From Raillietiella orientalis (Eukaryota): DNA of 64,000 nt. Below are positions 45,140 to 64,000 of this stretch, piece after piece (the stretch's first letter is position 1; each line of letters begins with the position of its first letter). The stretch covers positions 1,054,001 to 1,118,000 of the forward strand of contig JAYWIR010000038.1 of the NCBI GenBank assembly GCA_036172245.1, in the 5' to 3' direction. The translations under genes and the position numbers were made by a program. The notes below the pieces were generated by a model. It saw only the letters and a list, made by a program, of their open reading frames with translations, had not been told where the DNA came from and did no database searches.

Positions 45140-47191
45140 TTGCACAGGAGAGGCTGGGGCACTTCCTCGGCGAAAAAAGCAGGTGCATTTGACGGAGTCG
45201 ATCCCGCCGCACATACGTTTAGACTGCGGTGCGCTCCAGGAACTGTGGTGGAGGCTGGTAGCAGCACTGCTGCACCAGGAGGACGCCGTTCGAGATGTGC
45301 TGCGAAGGTTCTTCGCGCCTAGAGGACTCTCGACTGGCACGGAGATTTCACACCCGGGTGCGCCGGGGCGTTTATTTTTCTTAGAGAGATCAATGAAGCC
45401 AAAACCTCACCGATCTCAATTATTACACTAAAACTAAGGGGAGGCCAGCAAGGTCCATCACGTCCACGAAGGGGAAGAGGGATAAAACAAAACTAGAGGA
45501 AAAAAAAAAAAAAGAAACTAACTATAACAAACAATAAAAACTAACAAAAAAAACAAAAATTAGCTGAGGGGAAGGGAAGGGATCACATTTCGTGGTGAGT
45601 GAGGCCTCTGCATCCGTTGAAGGGTGCCGGCAAGCTCCGCCTTCTCCCTTTCCAGGTGGGGCCATCCCAAAGCTATCCGCAAGAAGTGGATGGCCTGCAG
45701 AGCAGTCCCTCCGTCGCTCTGACCTCTCTTGGCGTCGCACTTCGCAGCGACGGCACCGGGCACGCAGCACAGCGTCGCCATAGCGGCTGCGGGCGTCATG
45801 GCGCCCCGCACAAAAAGGGGCCTCAAAGAGTCTCTGGGATCATCCACGGGTGCGGAAGGGACGCGGAAAAACCTTTTCACAAGTCCCAGAGGGCAACGCA
45901 TTGCACTATGAGGTGAGGGAAGGTCTCTTTCTCTCCCCACCTGGCACAGTTCGAAGATGCACTTCCCCTCGTCCAGTGGTGCCGACAGGCATTGCACGGA
46001 AGACCCCAGTGCAGTATCATCAACGCTGATTGCTTCCTCTTGAGAGGAAGTAGCTTCCTGTCTAGGAACACGGGGGCACTTCCAACTCTTCGGGTTGAAT
46101 GGAGGAGAGTTCGCCCCAACGTTCCAGTCCTTTGGAGACGGTTCTTGTTTTTGCCGCGTCAGCCAGCTCACGAGGTGTCCAGCCACCGATAGGCTTCCTG
46201 CTGGCCAAGATTTCGCAGGAAACTTACCCACTTCGCCGATAGGCAGGTGCCATGTACCTCGACAGCGGAGGACACCGCTGCAGCGAAGGGAGTGGCTGCT
46301 GGGTAGGCCAACATGGTCAGCTCACTACCCACCGCCTCCAGTGTCCTTCCGCTGTTCTTCGGAAACTCTCGGCATTGGGTAACTTCCAACGGGGCCCGAG
46401 TGAGCTGGGTCCACGTCCTCACTTTCTCCTGCCGCCAGAGCGGAGTGTTCGCAGGGAGACAACAAATCCACGTGTTCGCTCTCACCAGAACCGCGACACA
46501 CCGGAGGGAAGCCGCAGTATGGGAGCCGGCGGTGGTGACACGCAAACAGGGTTGCGAGTCCTTCGCCACTGACCGCCAGCCGGGAGAGCAAACGTGCAGG
46601 GGTGCACCAATGGGTGGCCCAGTACTGTGCCATGAAGGCCAATCTTCGGAATTGAACCTCCATGCTCTCCAACGTCAGGAGTCAGGACTGGAGCGCAGAT
46701 CGCAAGCATGGATGGCATCCGTGCCATGTTCATGGCCCAGCCATATGCTGGAGACCACCACGCAGCAAAGGGAGGTCACCACGATGGCAGCGCCTATATC
46801 AGGACAATGTGGCCTCACCTGGAAGAGACGAAGGCAGAGATCACCGGCAAACAACGCCGGTTGGTGAATCGTTAGGAACGGCGAACCTGATCCCTTGCTT
46901 CTCTTTATTTATGTATTTTTGTTCCCTATCCCTTTTCACTTCGCAATTTTCCCGATGTTTTTTTTCCCCGGTGAGCGCGGGGTGAATCCAAAGATCCCTG
47001 CCCCATCCCACCCAATTCAATTTATTTTTGTTGTTTCCTTGTCTCTCCCCCGTTCCGGACCATCCGTTATCCCAGCCTTTGTGCCGCTAGATTCTCCCTT
47101 TTTTTTTTTTGTTGTTATTGTGGTTATGCCGGTTCCCAACTGGTTTATTTTTTTTACAAAATAAACGTCCCGGCGTGATCGGGTGACAAAA
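45140..47191 (+). mobile_element. Nested L1/Tx1-like LINE 3' fragments on + (45140-45345, 46258-~46420, ~46700-47191)
   Basis: ESIPPHIRLDCGALQELWWRLVAALLHQEDAVRDVLRRFF and MWPHLEETKAEITG are homologous to the 15922-16958 element. A T-rich UTR precedes the terminus AATAAACGTCCCGGCGTGATCGGGTGACAAAA at 47160-47191. Confidence 0.7.
45346..46257 (-). mobile_element. 5'-truncated L1/Tx1-like LINE, same family as 15922-16958
   Basis: WTPRELADAAKTRTVSKGLERWGEL, LPLKRKQSALMILHWGLPCN, ETFPHLIVQC and WPHLEREKAELAGTLQRMQR align with the + copy. Terminus AATAAACGCCCCGGCGCACCCGGGTGTGAAA at 45376-45346. Confidence 0.82.
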
Positions 47192-47489
47192 TTCCTTGGA
47201 GAGTTTAAGGTAGGAATCCGCAACCGTTTCCACGGACCAGGCCATTCTTAGACGGAGGACCCTCGTCGTGATAAGCAGTCCACGTCTTTTTTCCCATCTT
47301 CCCGGGAGTAGCAGCGAGTTGCCACCGTCAAGTAGACGAAGCAGCATGCGCAGAAGCGGAAGCAGCGCTCCGTAACCACCGCTGATTTATTCCGGCAGGT
47401 GATGGTCCGCCACCGAGTCAAACCGGTGTCCCGGTCGGGTCAAGTTCGGAGCTTCACTGTCCTCAGCATCCGAAGCTCTCAGCGCTGTC

Positions 47490-47860
47490 GGCCCTGCGGC
47501 TGCGGCCTCCGCGCGCACACCACCGAGAGAGCCGCGGGTTCGAATCCCGCCCGGAGAAGCACCGACGCCGAGAATGGCGGGTGAGTCGTGGGTTTCGAGT
47601 TCCCCGCAAGATGTCGCTGGTTGCCCTTTTAGGTTTCCGATGGGCACTGATAGAAGCCTGATGTCCCCGATGAACAGCAGGGATTGTACCCTCTGGAGTC
47701 CTCCCAGGAACCAAGGAGTCGGTTACCTTCGAAATTCCCCTCCGGTTGCGTAAAGGGAGCCATTCCTCTACCCCGTTCGAGGAAGGACCCTCCATCTCGC
47801 ACCATGGAGCTGATGGATCGATACCTCTCCAGAGTGTGAAGAAATTCCTTCTCTCCAGAA
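47490..47860 (+). mobile_element. SINE copy G (head plus 5' body)
   Basis: GCGGGTTCGAATCCCGCCCGGAGAAGCACCGACGCCGAGAATGG...GGACCCTCCATCTCGCACCATGGAGCTGATGGAT. Confidence 0.75.
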
Positions 47861-48099
47861 GAGAGAAGAGACGAAAGAACGCTTCTCTCCAGAGGGGGAA
47901 ACGAGGAACGGAGTTGAGGAGGAAGTGGTCCCCATGCCAGAGCGGTCGAGAGCTTCCTTGCTGCTTTCCCCGGGAGGGACCTCGTTTCCTGCAGAATCGA
48001 GCAGCGCAGCTGACCAGTGTCCTTACGTTCGCTGCTCCCCGGCGAGGTAACTCGCGCGAGGCTGGACCGACAGTGGCCGATCTGGAAAGCATCGAAACG

Positions 48100-48690
48100 G
48101 GCGAAACCGGCAGGACGACTTGCGAGTGCACGGGAGAGAGTGCATGTGCCTGGTTCAGCGCACTCCCGACGCGCTCGGAAATCTCAAAGACGGCGATGCT
48201 CCGTTGCCAGGCGACGATGAGACCGAGGAGTCTTCGGGTTGATCCCGCTGGACCTCTCCCTCCCCGTAGAGGCGCGCGCGGTGCCGCTTCCGCAGATCGG
48301 CGAAAGTGCTGCAGCGGGCACTGAAATGCGGGAGAGTGCCCAGGGTCCTCTTCTGTGACGGCTTCCCGGACCGGGACGGAGATAGAGAGAGAGGAACTCC
48401 TCGCTGATGCCGCTGCCGGGGAGCAGTCAGCTGAAGAGCTGGAGAAGGGGGTGGTGGGGATGAAAGCTGGCAGTAAGTCGCATCTCCGGGCGGCTGCACA
48501 TCTCCCGCGCGCTATTCTTCCGCTGCATTCGCTCCTTGTCACCATCTGTCCCGTCACAGGATGGACCGGGTGGGAGTGGAGGGCAGAGAGGCGTGGCAGG
48601 AGGACAGGGGGCAGAAACACCTTCGATCGGAGGGCCGGGGGAAGGACAGGTCCCGTCGGCGTCTGCGATCGGTGATAGGACGTCTGGGTG
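48100..48690 (+). mobile_element. Decayed L1/Tx1-like ORF2 linker and RT N-terminal remnant
   Basis: ECTGESACAWFSAL (E.GE....F), SAEELEKGVVGMKAGSKS (EEL..A+..MK.GKSPG) and GRGKD (KGKD) occur in the correct order. Confidence 0.45.
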
Positions 48691-48843
48691 CACCTGCGGT
48701 CGGCGACACAGGCGTCCTCTCCGCAACAGCGACGGCGGCAACGACCGGGGTGATCCCCACTTAGAGGTTGCTGCCACAAGGAGACGGAAGAATGCATTCC
48801 CCTACTTTATTTTGCTGCGGGGGAGTGGCACAGAACGGGAAGG

Positions 48844-63971
<15,128 letters not shown>

Positions 63972-64000
63972 CTGGAAAGGACAAGATGCAGTGTCGTTCT

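Overview
Eukaryotic, animal-like genomic DNA with very short spliceosomal introns (37-55 nt is common). It is a sharp mosaic of AT-rich and GC-rich blocks. Genes I could splice by hand: the 5' end of PWP1 (-, runs off the left edge), amidophosphoribosyltransferase PPAT (-), a U6 snRNA gene (+), tRNA pseudouridine synthase PUS3 (+), a divergent DEG/ENaC (ASIC/pickpocket-like) channel (-), and 24 exons of an ABCC/MRP1-type ABC transporter (-, runs off the right edge). Intergenic and intronic DNA is full of retroelement debris. One family is a long (~0.9-1 kb) tRNA-headed SINE, with at least 8 copies or fragments, one bounded by a target-site duplication and poly(A). The other is an L1/Tx1-like LINE whose copies end in a conserved AATAAA + GC hairpin + 3-4 A terminus; one copy sits inside a SINE with a perfect 12-bp TSD. 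Best leads: the LINE terminal hairpin, the long structured SINE, an inverted pair of unknown ORFs with synonymous-biased divergence, and unusual pore residues in the DEG/ENaC channel. All calls come from reading the sequence and recalled family motifs; no searches were run.
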